From Candidatus Methylomirabilia bacterium (lineage in GTDB: Bacteria; Methylomirabilota; Methylomirabilia; Rokubacteriales; CSP1-6), in the NCBI GenBank assembly GCA_041497895.1, contig JBGQHJ010000107.1, positions 1-17,242 on the forward strand: a DNA stretch of 17,242 nt. Reading direction: 5' to 3'. The translations under genes were made by a program, and so were the position numbers. Of the stretch, positions 1-7,912 are shown piece by piece. How positions within the stretch are numbered: the stretch's first letter is position 1; every line of letters begins with the position of its first letter. The notes beneath the pieces were generated by a model. That model did not search any database. It was not told the DNA's origin and saw only the letters and a program-made list of their open reading frames with translations.

Positions 1-104
1 ATTCGGCCGAGGAGGCGGTGGAGTGGGTCGCGGGAGTGGGCATGCGGCGCTTCGGCCTGAGCTACGGTTCGCGGGCGCGCCGGCGCTGGTACCTGGGCGA
101 GTAG
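1..104 (+). CDS. 3' end of a gene entering the window; C-terminus resembles LOG family (TIGR00730) Rossmann-fold proteins
   Basis: The frame from nt 3 reads SAEEAVEWVAGVGMRRFGLSYGSRARRRWYLGE* (TAG 102-104) with GC3-rich codons. The '(D)SAEEAV' segment resembles the LOG C-terminal motif. Only 33 codons are visible, so the family call is tentative. Confidence 0.5.
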   Translation, partial: SAEEAVEWVAGVGMRRFGLSYGSRARRRWYLGE

Positions 105-105
105 C

Positions 106-134
106 TTGACCCTCCGCCGGCCGCTTGCTAGCGT
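106..134 (+). promoter_or_regulatory. sigma70-type promoter for the ABC transporter operon
   Basis: TTGACC (106-111), 17-bp spacer, TAGCGT (129-134) preceded by TGn (extended -10). GGGAGA RBS at 160-165 lies before ATG 172. Confidence 0.65.
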
Positions 135-171
135 AGCCGCGCGACAACTGACGTCGAACGGGAGATCATCC

Positions 172-1389
172 ATGCACACGCGCTCATCCTTCCGCCATGC
201 CATCGCCCTCGCCCTCGTCGCGGCCGTCGTCGTGGCGGTCGGCCCGACCGCCGCCTTCGCCCAGGCCCCGATCAAGATCGGCATGGTGCAGGGCTTCACC
301 GGGCCGTTCGAGGTCTACGCCAAGCAGGCCAAGCGCGGCTTCGAGCTGGGCCTCGAGTACGCGACCGGCGGAAAGGGCGAGGTGCTCGGCCGGAAGATCG
401 TGGTCCTGGAAGAGGACGATCAGCTCAAGCCGGACGTGGCCAAGCAGAAGGTCACCAAGCTCTACGCCGACGACAAGGTCGACCTCGTCGTGGGCACGAC
501 CTCGAGCGCGGCCGCGCTGGCGGTGCTGCCGGTGGCGGCCGAGTTCAAGAAGGTCCTGATCGTGGAACCGGCGGTGGCGGACAGCATCACCGGCGAGAAC
601 TGGAACCGCTACATCTTCCGCACCGGCCGCAACTCGACCCAGGACGCGATCGCCAACGCGCTGGCGGTGGCCCGCCCCGGCGTCGCCATCGCCACCATCG
701 CCCAGGACTACGCGTTCGGGCGCGACGGGGTGGCCGCCTACAAGGCCGCGGTCGAGAAGGCGGGAGCCCAGGTGGTGCACGAGGAGTACGCGCCCACCAC
801 CGCGACCGACTTCACCGCGCCCATCCAGAAGATCATCGGCGCGCTCAAGGACCGGTCGGGGCCCAAGTACGTCTTCGTGATCTGGGCCGGCAAGGGCGGG
901 CCGTTCGCGCAGCTGGTCGACAACCGGCTCGACAAGTATGGCATCACGCTCACGAGCGGCAGCAACGTGCTCGACGTGCTGAAGGCGATGAAGAGCATGA
1001 AGCTCGAGGGCATGGTGGGCGGGGCCTACTACTACTACGAGATTCCCAAGAACCCGATCAACGACTGGCTGGTGCGCGAGCACGTCAAGCGCTTCAACGA
1101 GCCGCCCGATTTCTTCACCTGCGGCGGCTTCGCGGCCGCGATGGCGGCGGTGGCCGGGATCCAGAAGGCGGGCGGGACCGACACCGAGAAGCTGATCGCG
1201 GCCATGGAGGGGCTCGAGTTCCAGACCCCCAAGGGCAAGATGATCTTCCGCAAGGAGGACCACCAGGCCCTGCAGGCGATGTACGCGTTCAAGATGGTGT
1301 CCAAGCCGGACGTGGCGTGGCTGGTGCCGACCCTGACCCGCGAGCTCTCGCTCCAGGAGACGGCGCCCGCGATCGCCAACAAGCGCTGA
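172..1389 (+). CDS. LIV/HAAT-family ABC transporter substrate-binding protein (type 1 periplasmic binding fold)
   Basis: Signal peptide MHTRSSFRHAIALALVAAVVVAVGPTAAFA-Q; motifs IKIG..GFTGPF, EDDQLKPD, VDLVVG..SS, YIFRTG, DYAFGRDG, F.TPKG...FRKEDHQA. Start set at ATG 172, which has an RBS, rather than TTG 106, which is the -35 box. Confidence 0.92.
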   Translation: MHTRSSFRHAIALALVAAVVVAVGPTAAFAQAPIKIGMVQGFTGPFEVYAKQAKRGFELGLEYATGGKGEVLGRKIVVLEEDDQLKPDVAKQKVTKLYADDKVDLVVGTTSSAAALAVLPVAAEFKKVLIVEPAVADSITGENWNRYIFRTGRNSTQDAIANALAVARPGVAIATIAQDYAFGRDGVAAYKAAVEKAGAQVVHEEYAPTTATDFTAPIQKIIGALKDRSGPKYVFVIWAGKGGPFAQLVDNRLDKYGITLTSGSNVLDVLKAMKSMKLEGMVGGAYYYYEIPKNPINDWLVREHVKRFNEPPDFFTCGGFAAAMAAVAGIQKAGGTDTEKLIAAMEGLEFQTPKGKMIFRKEDHQALQAMYAFKMVSKPDVAWLVPTLTRELSLQETAPAIANKR

Positions 1390-1393
1390 GCCC

Positions 1394-2236
1394 ATGGCCC
1401 GCGTCGCCGTCGGCTCCGTCTCGCTCGCGGTCGCGGAGTGGCCCGGTCCCGCGAAGGGCCCGGCCGTGGTGTGCATCCACGGCCTCACCGCCAACCACAC
1501 CTGCTGGGCGAGCGTGGCCGACGTGCTCTCGCCCGCCCATCGCCTGATCGCCTACGACCTGCGGGGACGGGGAGAGAGCGACAAGCCCGACAAGGGCTAC
1601 AGCCTTGCGATCCACGCCGACGACCTCGAGGGGCTGCTCGACCACTTCGGCCTCAAGAAGGCGGTGCTGATCGGCCATTCGCTGGGGGCCCACATCGCGG
1701 TGCGCTTCGCGGCCACGCGACCCCAGCGGGTGGCCAAGCTCGTGCTCGTGGACGGCGGGCTCGACGTGCGCTACGAGGTGCTCGAGTCGCTCCGGCCCGC
1801 GATCAACCGGCTGGGGGTGGAGTTCCCGTCGCTCGACATGTTCATGGGGTTCGTGCGCGCCCTGCCGATGTTCGAGGGGCGGTGGAACGACTACCTCGAG
1901 CGCTACTTCCGCTACGACGTGGAGGAGCTGCCCGCGAGGACGGTGCGCGCCAAGGCGTCGCGGCCCGCCATCGAGGAGGAGATCGCCAACCTCGAGCGCG
2001 AGCGGCTCTGGGTCTATCACCACCGGATCAAGGCGCCCACCCTGATCTTCCGGGCGCCCGACGGGCTGCTCACGCCCACCGACTGCCTGATGACCCAGGA
2101 GGAGGCGGACGCGATGGCCGCCGCCATCCCGCGCGCGAAGCTGGTGCTGGTCCCGGGGACGAACCACTACACGGTGCTCCTCGGCCAGAGTCCGAAGGTC
2201 AAGACCGCGCTCCGGGCCTTCCTCAGGGGGGCCTAG
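1394..2236 (+). CDS. alpha/beta fold hydrolase (esterase/lactonase-like)
   Basis: HGLT oxyanion motif, YDLRGRGES, nucleophile elbow GHSLG, catalytic His region GTNHY. Confidence 0.92.
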   Translation: MARVAVGSVSLAVAEWPGPAKGPAVVCIHGLTANHTCWASVADVLSPAHRLIAYDLRGRGESDKPDKGYSLAIHADDLEGLLDHFGLKKAVLIGHSLGAHIAVRFAATRPQRVAKLVLVDGGLDVRYEVLESLRPAINRLGVEFPSLDMFMGFVRALPMFEGRWNDYLERYFRYDVEELPARTVRAKASRPAIEEEIANLERERLWVYHHRIKAPTLIFRAPDGLLTPTDCLMTQEEADAMAAAIPRAKLVLVPGTNHYTVLLGQSPKVKTALRAFLRGA

Positions 2237-2238
2237 CG

Positions 2239-3045
2239 ACGGCCTCGGCCCCGGCCGTCTCCACCCGCGATCTCACCATCCGCTTCGGAGGGCACGTCGC
2301 GGTGGACCACGTCAGCCTCGACGTGGCCCCGTTCACCCTCAAGTCCATCATCGGGCCCAACGGGGCCGGGAAGACCACCTTCTTCAACCTGCTGAGCGGG
2401 CAATACCGGCCGAGCGAGGGGCGCATCCTCTTCAAGGGGCGCGACGTCACCGGACGAGGGGCGGCCGCCCGCACCCGCCTCGGGATCGGCCGCTCCTTCC
2501 AGCTCACCAACATCTTCCCGACCCTGACCGTGCTCGAGAACGTGCGTCTCGCGGTGCAGGCGCGGCGCGGGCTCGGCTTCACCGCGTGGCGTCACTACCG
2601 GCGCTTTCCCGAGCTCGAGGACATCGCCTACCGGCTGCTCGAGAGCGTGCTCCTCGAGGGCAAGTGGCACGCGGCGGCCGGGGCGCTGGCCCACGGCGAG
2701 AAGCGCAAGCTCGAGCTGGGCATCCTGCTCGCGCTCGAGCCCGAGGTGCTGCTGCTCGACGAGCCGACCGCCGGCATGTCGCTCGAGGAGGTGCCCGCGA
2801 TCATCGGGCTCATCGAGCGTCTCCGGGCCCGGCGGGACCGCACCATCCTGCTCGTCGAGCACAAGATCGACATGGTGATGGCCCTGTCCGACTCGATCGC
2901 GGTGCTGAAGGACGGGCGGCTCATCGCCGACGGGTCACCCGCCCAGGTGAGCGCGAGCGCGGAGGTGCAGGCCGCGTACTTCGGGACGACCACCCCTCAC
3001 CATACCACCCCTCACCCTACCCTCTCCCCTGAGGGGAGAGGGTAA
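2239..3045 (+). CDS. livG: LIV-type ABC transporter ATP-binding protein (LivG-like); start codon appears non-canonical
   Basis: LTIRFGG..AVDHVSL, Walker A GPNGAGKTT, GRSFQ, signature LAHGEKRKLE, Walker B LLLDEPTAG, LLVEH. There is no ATG/GTG/TTG in frame near the hydrolase stop before the conserved N-terminal strand. ACG at 2239 follows AGGGGG (2225-2230). The N-terminal half of track ORF 1438-3045 is a shadow frame of the hydrolase. Confidence 0.88.
   Translation, partial: TASAPAVSTRDLTIRFGGHVAVDHVSLDVAPFTLKSIIGPNGAGKTTFFNLLSGQYRPSEGRILFKGRDVTGRGAAARTRLGIGRSFQLTNIFPTLTVLENVRLAVQARRGLGFTAWRHYRRFPELEDIAYRLLESVLLEGKWHAAAGALAHGEKRKLELGILLALEPEVLLLDEPTAGMSLEEVPAIIGLIERLRARRDRTILLVEHKIDMVMALSDSIAVLKDGRLIADGSPAQVSASAEVQAAYFGTTTPHHTTPHPTLSPEGRG
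2989..3044 (+). repeat. REP/BoxC-like palindromic element with a tandemly duplicated pyrimidine-rich tail
   Basis: ACCACCCCTCACC occurs at 2989-3001 and 3004-3016, followed by the perfect inverted repeat TACCCTCTCCCCT (3018-3030) G AGGGGAGAGGGTA (3032-3044). Confidence 0.75.
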
Positions 3046-3750
3046 ATGCCTGACGTGCTCGAGCTGGAGGGTGTGCACACCGACATCGGCCAGCATCACA
3101 TCCTGCAGGGGGTGTCGCTGCGGGTGCGGCCGGACGCGGTCACGGTGCTGCTCGGCCGCAACGGGGCCGGCAAGACCACCACCATGCGCACCGTGATGGG
3201 CGTGCTGGCCCCGAGCCGGGGCGCGGTCCGCTTCGAGGGGCGCCCCATCCACGGCCTGCCGCCCCACGCCATCGCCCGGCTCGGCATCGGTTACGTGCCG
3301 GAGGGGCAGGGGATCTTCGCGACCCTCACGGTGGAGGAAAATCTCAGGGTGGCCATGCGGGCCGAGAACGCGGAGAGCCGTGAGCGGATGCGGCGGGTGC
3401 TCGCGCTCTTCCCCGACCTCGAGCGCTTCCGCCCCGCGCGGGCGGGCACGCTCTCGGGCGGTCAGAAGCAGATGCTGGCCATCGGGCGCGCCCTCGTCAA
3501 TCCGACCCGCCTGCTGCTGATCGACGAGCCCTCCAAGGGCCTCGCTCCCATCGTGGTCGAGCACCTCGTCGCGGCGCTCGAGTCCATGAAGCGGGAGACC
3601 ACCGTGGTCCTGGTGGAGCAGAACTTCGCGATGGCGAGCCGGCTCGGCGACGACTGCTACGTGATGGACGACGGGCGCACCGTCTACTCGGGCTCCATGA
3701 CCGCGCTGGCCGCCGACCGCGACCTCAAGCAGCGGTACCTCGGAGTATGA
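3046..3750 (+). CDS. livF: LIV-type ABC transporter ATP-binding protein (LivF-like)
   Basis: GRNGAGKTT, GIGYVPEG..IF..LTVEENL, LSGGQKQMLAIGRAL, LLLIDEPSKGLAP, VLVEQN. Confidence 0.93.
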   Translation: MPDVLELEGVHTDIGQHHILQGVSLRVRPDAVTVLLGRNGAGKTTTMRTVMGVLAPSRGAVRFEGRPIHGLPPHAIARLGIGYVPEGQGIFATLTVEENLRVAMRAENAESRERMRRVLALFPDLERFRPARAGTLSGGQKQMLAIGRALVNPTRLLLIDEPSKGLAPIVVEHLVAALESMKRETTVVLVEQNFAMASRLGDDCYVMDDGRTVYSGSMTALAADRDLKQRYLGV

Positions 3751-3778
3751 GCGGGGAGTATGAGCGGGGGAGTATGAG
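3742..3778 (+). repeat. short tandem repeat (GGAGTATGAGCGG) x ~3 spanning the livF stop
   Basis: GGAGTATGAGCGG at 3742-3754 and 3755-3767, then G, then GGAGTATGAG at 3769-3778. Confidence 0.85.
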
Positions 3779-3787
3779 GCCGGGCAC

Positions 3788-4765
3788 ATGAGGCGCGCGA
3801 TTCCGCTGCTGGTCGGCGCGGCCCTGCTCCTGTTGCTGCCGCTGCTCGGCATCGAGCCGCGGGCCTGGCTCACCCTCACGGTGGCCGGCCTCGCGATGGG
3901 CATGCTGATCTTCCTGGTGGCCGCGGGGCTCACCCTGATCTTCGGCCTGATGGACGTGCTCAACTTCGCCCACGGGGCGCTGTTCTCCTGGGGCGCGTAC
4001 GCGGGCTTCACGGTGGCGGTGGCGATCAACGCGCGCTGGGGCTGGGCCGCATCTCCGTCGGTCTGGGCCAACGCGGGCCTGCTCCTGCTCGCGGTGGCCG
4101 CCGCGGTGACGGTGGCCTTCGCGCTCGGCGTCGTGCTCGAGCGGGTCATCGTGCGCCCGGTCTACGGGCAGCACCTCTTCCAGATCCTGATCACCCTGGG
4201 GGCCACCATCGTGCTCGAGGAGCTGATCCGGGTCGCGTGGGGACCCAACGACCAGGTGATGCCGGTGCCGGCCACCTTCCAGGGCTCGTGGGACGTGGCC
4301 GACGTGGTCGTGCTCCGCTTCCCCACGATCGCGATCGGGCTCGGTCTGCTGGTCTACGGCGGCATGCAGTGGCTGCTCACGCGCACCCGGGTGGGCCTCA
4401 TCGTGCGCGCGGGCGTCGAGAACAACGAGATGGTGCAGGTGATGGGCCACGACATCCACCGCTACTTCACCGGAGTGTTCGCGGCCGGCTCCGGGCTCGC
4501 CGGGCTCGGGGGGCTCATGTGGGGCATGTTCAGCCAGTCGATCCGCCCGTCGATGGGCGGTGAGCAGCTCATCTTCGCGTTCATCGTGGTCATCATCGGC
4601 GGCCTCGGCAGCGTCACCGGCTCGCTGGTGGGCGCGCTGCTGGTGGGCCTCGCCTACAACTACGTGGCGTACCTCGTGCCCAAGGCGGCCATCGGCGTGA
4701 CCATGGGCATCATGGTGCTGGTGCTGCTCGTGCGCCCCACCGGGCTCTACGGCGCCGGCAAGTGA
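3788..4765 (+). CDS. livH: LIV-type ABC transporter permease (LivH-like)
   Basis: GLAMGMLIFLVAAGLTLIFGLMDVLNFAHG, TRVGLIVRA, FIVVIIGGLGS..G, RPTGLYG; multiple hydrophobic helices. Confidence 0.93.
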   Translation: MRRAIPLLVGAALLLLLPLLGIEPRAWLTLTVAGLAMGMLIFLVAAGLTLIFGLMDVLNFAHGALFSWGAYAGFTVAVAINARWGWAASPSVWANAGLLLLAVAAAVTVAFALGVVLERVIVRPVYGQHLFQILITLGATIVLEELIRVAWGPNDQVMPVPATFQGSWDVADVVVLRFPTIAIGLGLLVYGGMQWLLTRTRVGLIVRAGVENNEMVQVMGHDIHRYFTGVFAAGSGLAGLGGLMWGMFSQSIRPSMGGEQLIFAFIVVIIGGLGSVTGSLVGALLVGLAYNYVAYLVPKAAIGVTMGIMVLVLLVRPTGLYGAGK

Positions 4766-5859
4766 GCGCGTCCGGGCTCACCCCGGTCCAGGCCGCGCGC
4801 GCGGCGCAGCGGCGCGACCGCTGGCGGTCGCCCACCCTCTACCTGCGCCTCGCGGTGGTGCTGGCCTGGGCGCTGCTCCCCGCGGCCGGCCCCTCGTTCC
4901 AGCTGCTCGACCTCGCGCTCAAGATCGCGCTCTTCGCCACGCTCGCGGCGAGCTACGACGTGGTGATCGGCTACACCGGTATCGTCTCGTTCGGGCACGC
5001 GATGTTCTTCGGCTTCGGGGCCTACGCGGTCGCCCTCGCGGTGGGCCGGCTGGGGGCGCCCACCTACGGCCACCTCGTGCTCGGGTTCCTGGCCGGGATC
5101 GCGGTGTCCGGGGTGGTGGCGGTCGTGGTCGGGGCCTTCTCGCTGCGGATCAAGGCGATCTTCTTCGCGATGATCACCCTGGCCTTCGCGGAGTTCGCGC
5201 TCATCCTGGCCGTGCAGTGGGGCACGCTGACCGGCGGGGAGGACGGGCTCTCCCCGAAGCTGCCCGGTGTCTTCGCGGCGGGCGCGCCGGGCGCCTTCGG
5301 CCTCTCCGGGCGGCTCGTGACCTACTACACGGTGCTGGCGGTCTGCCTCGGCCTGTTCCTCCTGATGAGCCGCTTCGTGCACTCCCCGCTCGGGCGGACG
5401 CTCCAGGCCATCCGCGACAACGAGCTGCGGGCGGAGGCCCTGGGTTACCGCACGTTCGTCTTCCAGCTCATGGCCACCTCGTTCGGCAGCGTGGTCGCCA
5501 CCGTGCTCGGGGGCGGCTACGCCATGTGGGTGCGCTACGTGAATCCGGAGTCGACGCTCGGCATCCCGATCATGCTCGACGTGCTCCTGATGGTGATCAT
5601 CGGCGGCATCGGGACGCTCCACGGCGGCCTCGTGGGCGCGGCCGTCCTCCTGAGCGCCCGCACGCTGCTGCCGAACCTGCGCGGCCTGGGCGGCTCGCTG
5701 TTCGCGGGCTCGGAGATCCTGCAGCGGCTATCCGAGCGCTGGCTCCTCTACTTCGGGATCCTCTTCGTGCTGGTGGTGTTCTTCTTCCCGCGCGGCGTGC
5801 TGGGCACGCTCCGCGAGGCGGCGGCCCGACGGCGCGGTCCGGCGGCCCGGGGGACGTGA
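4762..5859 (+). CDS. livM: LIV-type ABC transporter permease (LivM-like)
   Basis: GYTGIVSFGHAMFFGFGAY, FFAMITLAFAE, LTGGEDG, SPLGRTLQAIRDNE.RAEALGY, MVIIGGIG; GTGA overlap with the livH stop. Confidence 0.93.
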   Translation: MSASGLTPVQAARAAQRRDRWRSPTLYLRLAVVLAWALLPAAGPSFQLLDLALKIALFATLAASYDVVIGYTGIVSFGHAMFFGFGAYAVALAVGRLGAPTYGHLVLGFLAGIAVSGVVAVVVGAFSLRIKAIFFAMITLAFAEFALILAVQWGTLTGGEDGLSPKLPGVFAAGAPGAFGLSGRLVTYYTVLAVCLGLFLLMSRFVHSPLGRTLQAIRDNELRAEALGYRTFVFQLMATSFGSVVATVLGGGYAMWVRYVNPESTLGIPIMLDVLLMVIIGGIGTLHGGLVGAAVLLSARTLLPNLRGLGGSLFAGSEILQRLSERWLLYFGILFVLVVFFFPRGVLGTLREAAARRRGPAARGT

Positions 5860-5895
5860 GCCGTTCTTTTGTCCCGCCTTTCGGGTATGCTGTGC

Positions 5896-6960
5896 ATGAG
5901 AATGCCCGCCCGGGACTACGACGCCATCGTGGTGGGGGCCAGCTTCGCAGGCCTCGCCGTCGCCCGCCAGCTCCGGGGTGAAGTCCTCATGCTCGATCGG
6001 AACGAGGTCGGCGCCGTGCAGACGTCCGCGTGCGGAACCCCGCTGTGGGTGCCCGAGACCCTCGGGGTCTCGGAGAGCGTCCTGCAGGTGCACGACCGGC
6101 TCGTGATCCGGACGCCGACCCGCACCGTCCGCTACGATCTCTCCTCGGTGCCCTTCTGCACCTTCGACTACCGCGCGTTCTGCCGGGGTCTGCTCGCCCA
6201 GTGCCGTGTGCGATTCTTGCGCACCTCGGTATCGGGCATCCAGGACGGGGCGGTGGTGACCGCGGAAGGGCGCTTCACCGCGCCGGTCATCGTGGACTGC
6301 TCGGGCTGGCGTCGCGCGATCACGGGAGGCGCCCCGACGGAGCCCCGCTCTCGCCACCATTCCTTCGGCCTCGAGACCCACACCTCGCTCCGGGACGAGG
6401 GTCTGACGTTCCTGCTCGACCGCCGCCTCATCCCGCAAGGGCTCGGCTGGATCTTCCCGGTGGGGAGCGGCAGCCTGATCGGGCTCGGCTCGTACGTGGG
6501 CCGGTCGAAGCTCAAACCGGCGCTCGAGCGCCTGCTGCGCGAGCACGGGACCTCCGCCGGCTCCTACCACGGAACCTACTTCCCGAACCGGCTGCTGCGC
6601 CCCACGGTGGATCGGCTCTTCGCGGTCGGCGACGCCGCCGGCCAGTGCCTGCCGCTGACCGCGGAGGGCATTCGCCCCGCGCTCTACTTCGGCGGCGAGT
6701 GCGGCCGCATCGTGCAGCAGGTCCTCGACGGCGTGCTCCCGCTCGACGTGGGGCTCGAGCGCTACCGTCGCCTGGTAGCCCGCTACCGCGGCCCGTACCG
6801 GGTGCTCCAGTTCGCCCAGTCGATGGCCGCGCACACCCCGACCCGCTGGTTCGCGATGGTGACCCAGCTCGCGGCGACGTGGCCGTTCCTGTCGCGCTGG
6901 TGGCCCCGCTACGGATGGTTCGGGCGGCCCGATCCCTCCGGGGTGGCCGCGGCCACCTGA
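5896..6960 (+). CDS. FAD-dependent oxidoreductase, geranylgeranyl reductase-like family
   Basis: N-terminal dinucleotide-binding motif YDAIVVGASFAGLAVA, 'CG', VIVDCSG, GWIFP, VGDAAG..LPLTAEGI. Start is uncertain (ATG 5887, 5896 or 5902). Confidence 0.85.
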   Translation: MRMPARDYDAIVVGASFAGLAVARQLRGEVLMLDRNEVGAVQTSACGTPLWVPETLGVSESVLQVHDRLVIRTPTRTVRYDLSSVPFCTFDYRAFCRGLLAQCRVRFLRTSVSGIQDGAVVTAEGRFTAPVIVDCSGWRRAITGGAPTEPRSRHHSFGLETHTSLRDEGLTFLLDRRLIPQGLGWIFPVGSGSLIGLGSYVGRSKLKPALERLLREHGTSAGSYHGTYFPNRLLRPTVDRLFAVGDAAGQCLPLTAEGIRPALYFGGECGRIVQQVLDGVLPLDVGLERYRRLVARYRGPYRVLQFAQSMAAHTPTRWFAMVTQLAATWPFLSRWWPRYGWFGRPDPSGVAAAT

Positions 6961-7020
6961 GCCGGCCCGGCGATGGGGGAAGGCGTCAACGGCGATGCCG
7001 CATCGAGGGGGTCGGAAGGA

Positions 7021-7764
7021 ATGAGCGCCCGCACGCGCTGGGCGATCGTGGCCGGCGTGAGCGGCCTGATCGTGGCGTACTGCGTCTGGCTCGTGTGGAC
7101 CGACGCGCCCGCCTACCAGTTCCTGGTCCGGCTCTACGTCGACAAGCACTTCCTGAAGCGCACCCTCAGGGAATGGGGGGTGCTCGCCCCCGTCATCTTC
7201 ATCCTGCTCCAGGCGCTGCAGGTGATCATCTCGCCGATCCCCGGCGAGGCGACCGGCATCCTCGGCGGCTATCTCTTCGGTCAGTGGCTGGGGCTGCTCT
7301 ACTCGACCATCGGCCTCACCGTCGGGTCGGTGGTGGCCTTCTGGATCGGGCGGTGGCTCGGCGCGCACTACGTGAAGAACCTCGTGAGCGCGGAGACCTG
7401 GAACCGGCTCGGCTTCATCGTGGAGGCCGAGGGGGCGGTCCTGTGCTTCATCATCTACCTGATCCCGGGCCTGCCGAAGGACATCGTCTGCTACCTGTTC
7501 GGGATCAGCCCGATGCCCCTCTGGGTGTTCGCGCTGGTCTCGGGTCTGGGCCGGATCCCGGGGACCTGGGTGCTCTCCGCCCAGGGGGCGCACACCGCCG
7601 CCGGGGACTACCTGCAGGTGATCCTGGTCTCGGCGGTCGCGGTGGCCGGCGCCCTGCCGCTCTATTACTACCGGCACCGCATCGTGACCTGGTTCCACGG
7701 GCGGAGCGCGGCGCGGGCGGCCCGCGCCAACGGAGGGCTTGACAGGGAGAAGCAGGGCCCGTAG
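7021..7764 (+). CDS. TVP38/TMEM64 (DedA/VTT superfamily) membrane protein
   Basis: LQALQVIISPIPGE..GILGGYLFG...G.LYS..G..VGS..AFWIGR and YLIPGLPKDIVCYLFG..PM. Start is at 7021 (GAGGGG/GGAAGG upstream) or 6973. Confidence 0.88.
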   Translation: MSARTRWAIVAGVSGLIVAYCVWLVWTDAPAYQFLVRLYVDKHFLKRTLREWGVLAPVIFILLQALQVIISPIPGEATGILGGYLFGQWLGLLYSTIGLTVGSVVAFWIGRWLGAHYVKNLVSAETWNRLGFIVEAEGAVLCFIIYLIPGLPKDIVCYLFGISPMPLWVFALVSGLGRIPGTWVLSAQGAHTAAGDYLQVILVSAVAVAGALPLYYYRHRIVTWFHGRSAARAARANGGLDREKQGP

Positions 7765-7767
7765 ACT
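7739..7767 (+). promoter_or_regulatory. sigma70 promoter of the aroF leader/operon
   Basis: Perfect TTGACA (7739-7744), 17-bp spacer, TAGACT (7762-7767, overlapping the TAG stop of the DedA gene). Predicted TSS ~7774. Confidence 0.75.
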
Positions 7768-7819
7768 CGCTCCACTCTGTAGCAGTCCATTGCCAGTGCA
7801 GTCGGGAGGAATCGAGCCG

Positions 7820-7912
7820 GTGAGCACGATCGGAACGACGGCCAGCAGCCACGAAACCTGGCGGTCGTATTTTTACTTTCCCACCGTTCGCCGCCTGGCT
7901 CCCATGAGCTGA
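7820..7912 (+). CDS. putative attenuator leader peptide, 30 aa, MSTIGTTASSHETWRSYFYFPTVRRLAPMS
   Basis: GGGAGGA RBS (7804-7810), GTG 7820, TGA 7910-7912. The cluster TGG CGG TCG TAT TTT TAC TTT (7859-7879) lies directly upstream of hairpins, a terminator and DAHP synthase genes. Confidence 0.8.
   Translation: MSTIGTTASSHETWRSYFYFPTVRRLAPMS

Noticed and set aside
1438..2238. 535-aa ORF 1438-3045 as a single long or fused protein
   Set aside because: The N-terminal ~265 aa are an Arg/Gly/Ala-rich shadow frame overlapping the hydrolase; only the part from ~2239 has ABC ATPase motifs.
5863..5902. Separate promoter for the oxidoreductase (TATGCT at 5886-5891)
   Set aside because: A plausible -10 in an AT-rich gap, but there is no -35 at 17 bp and the spacing to either ATG is atypical; not enough support.
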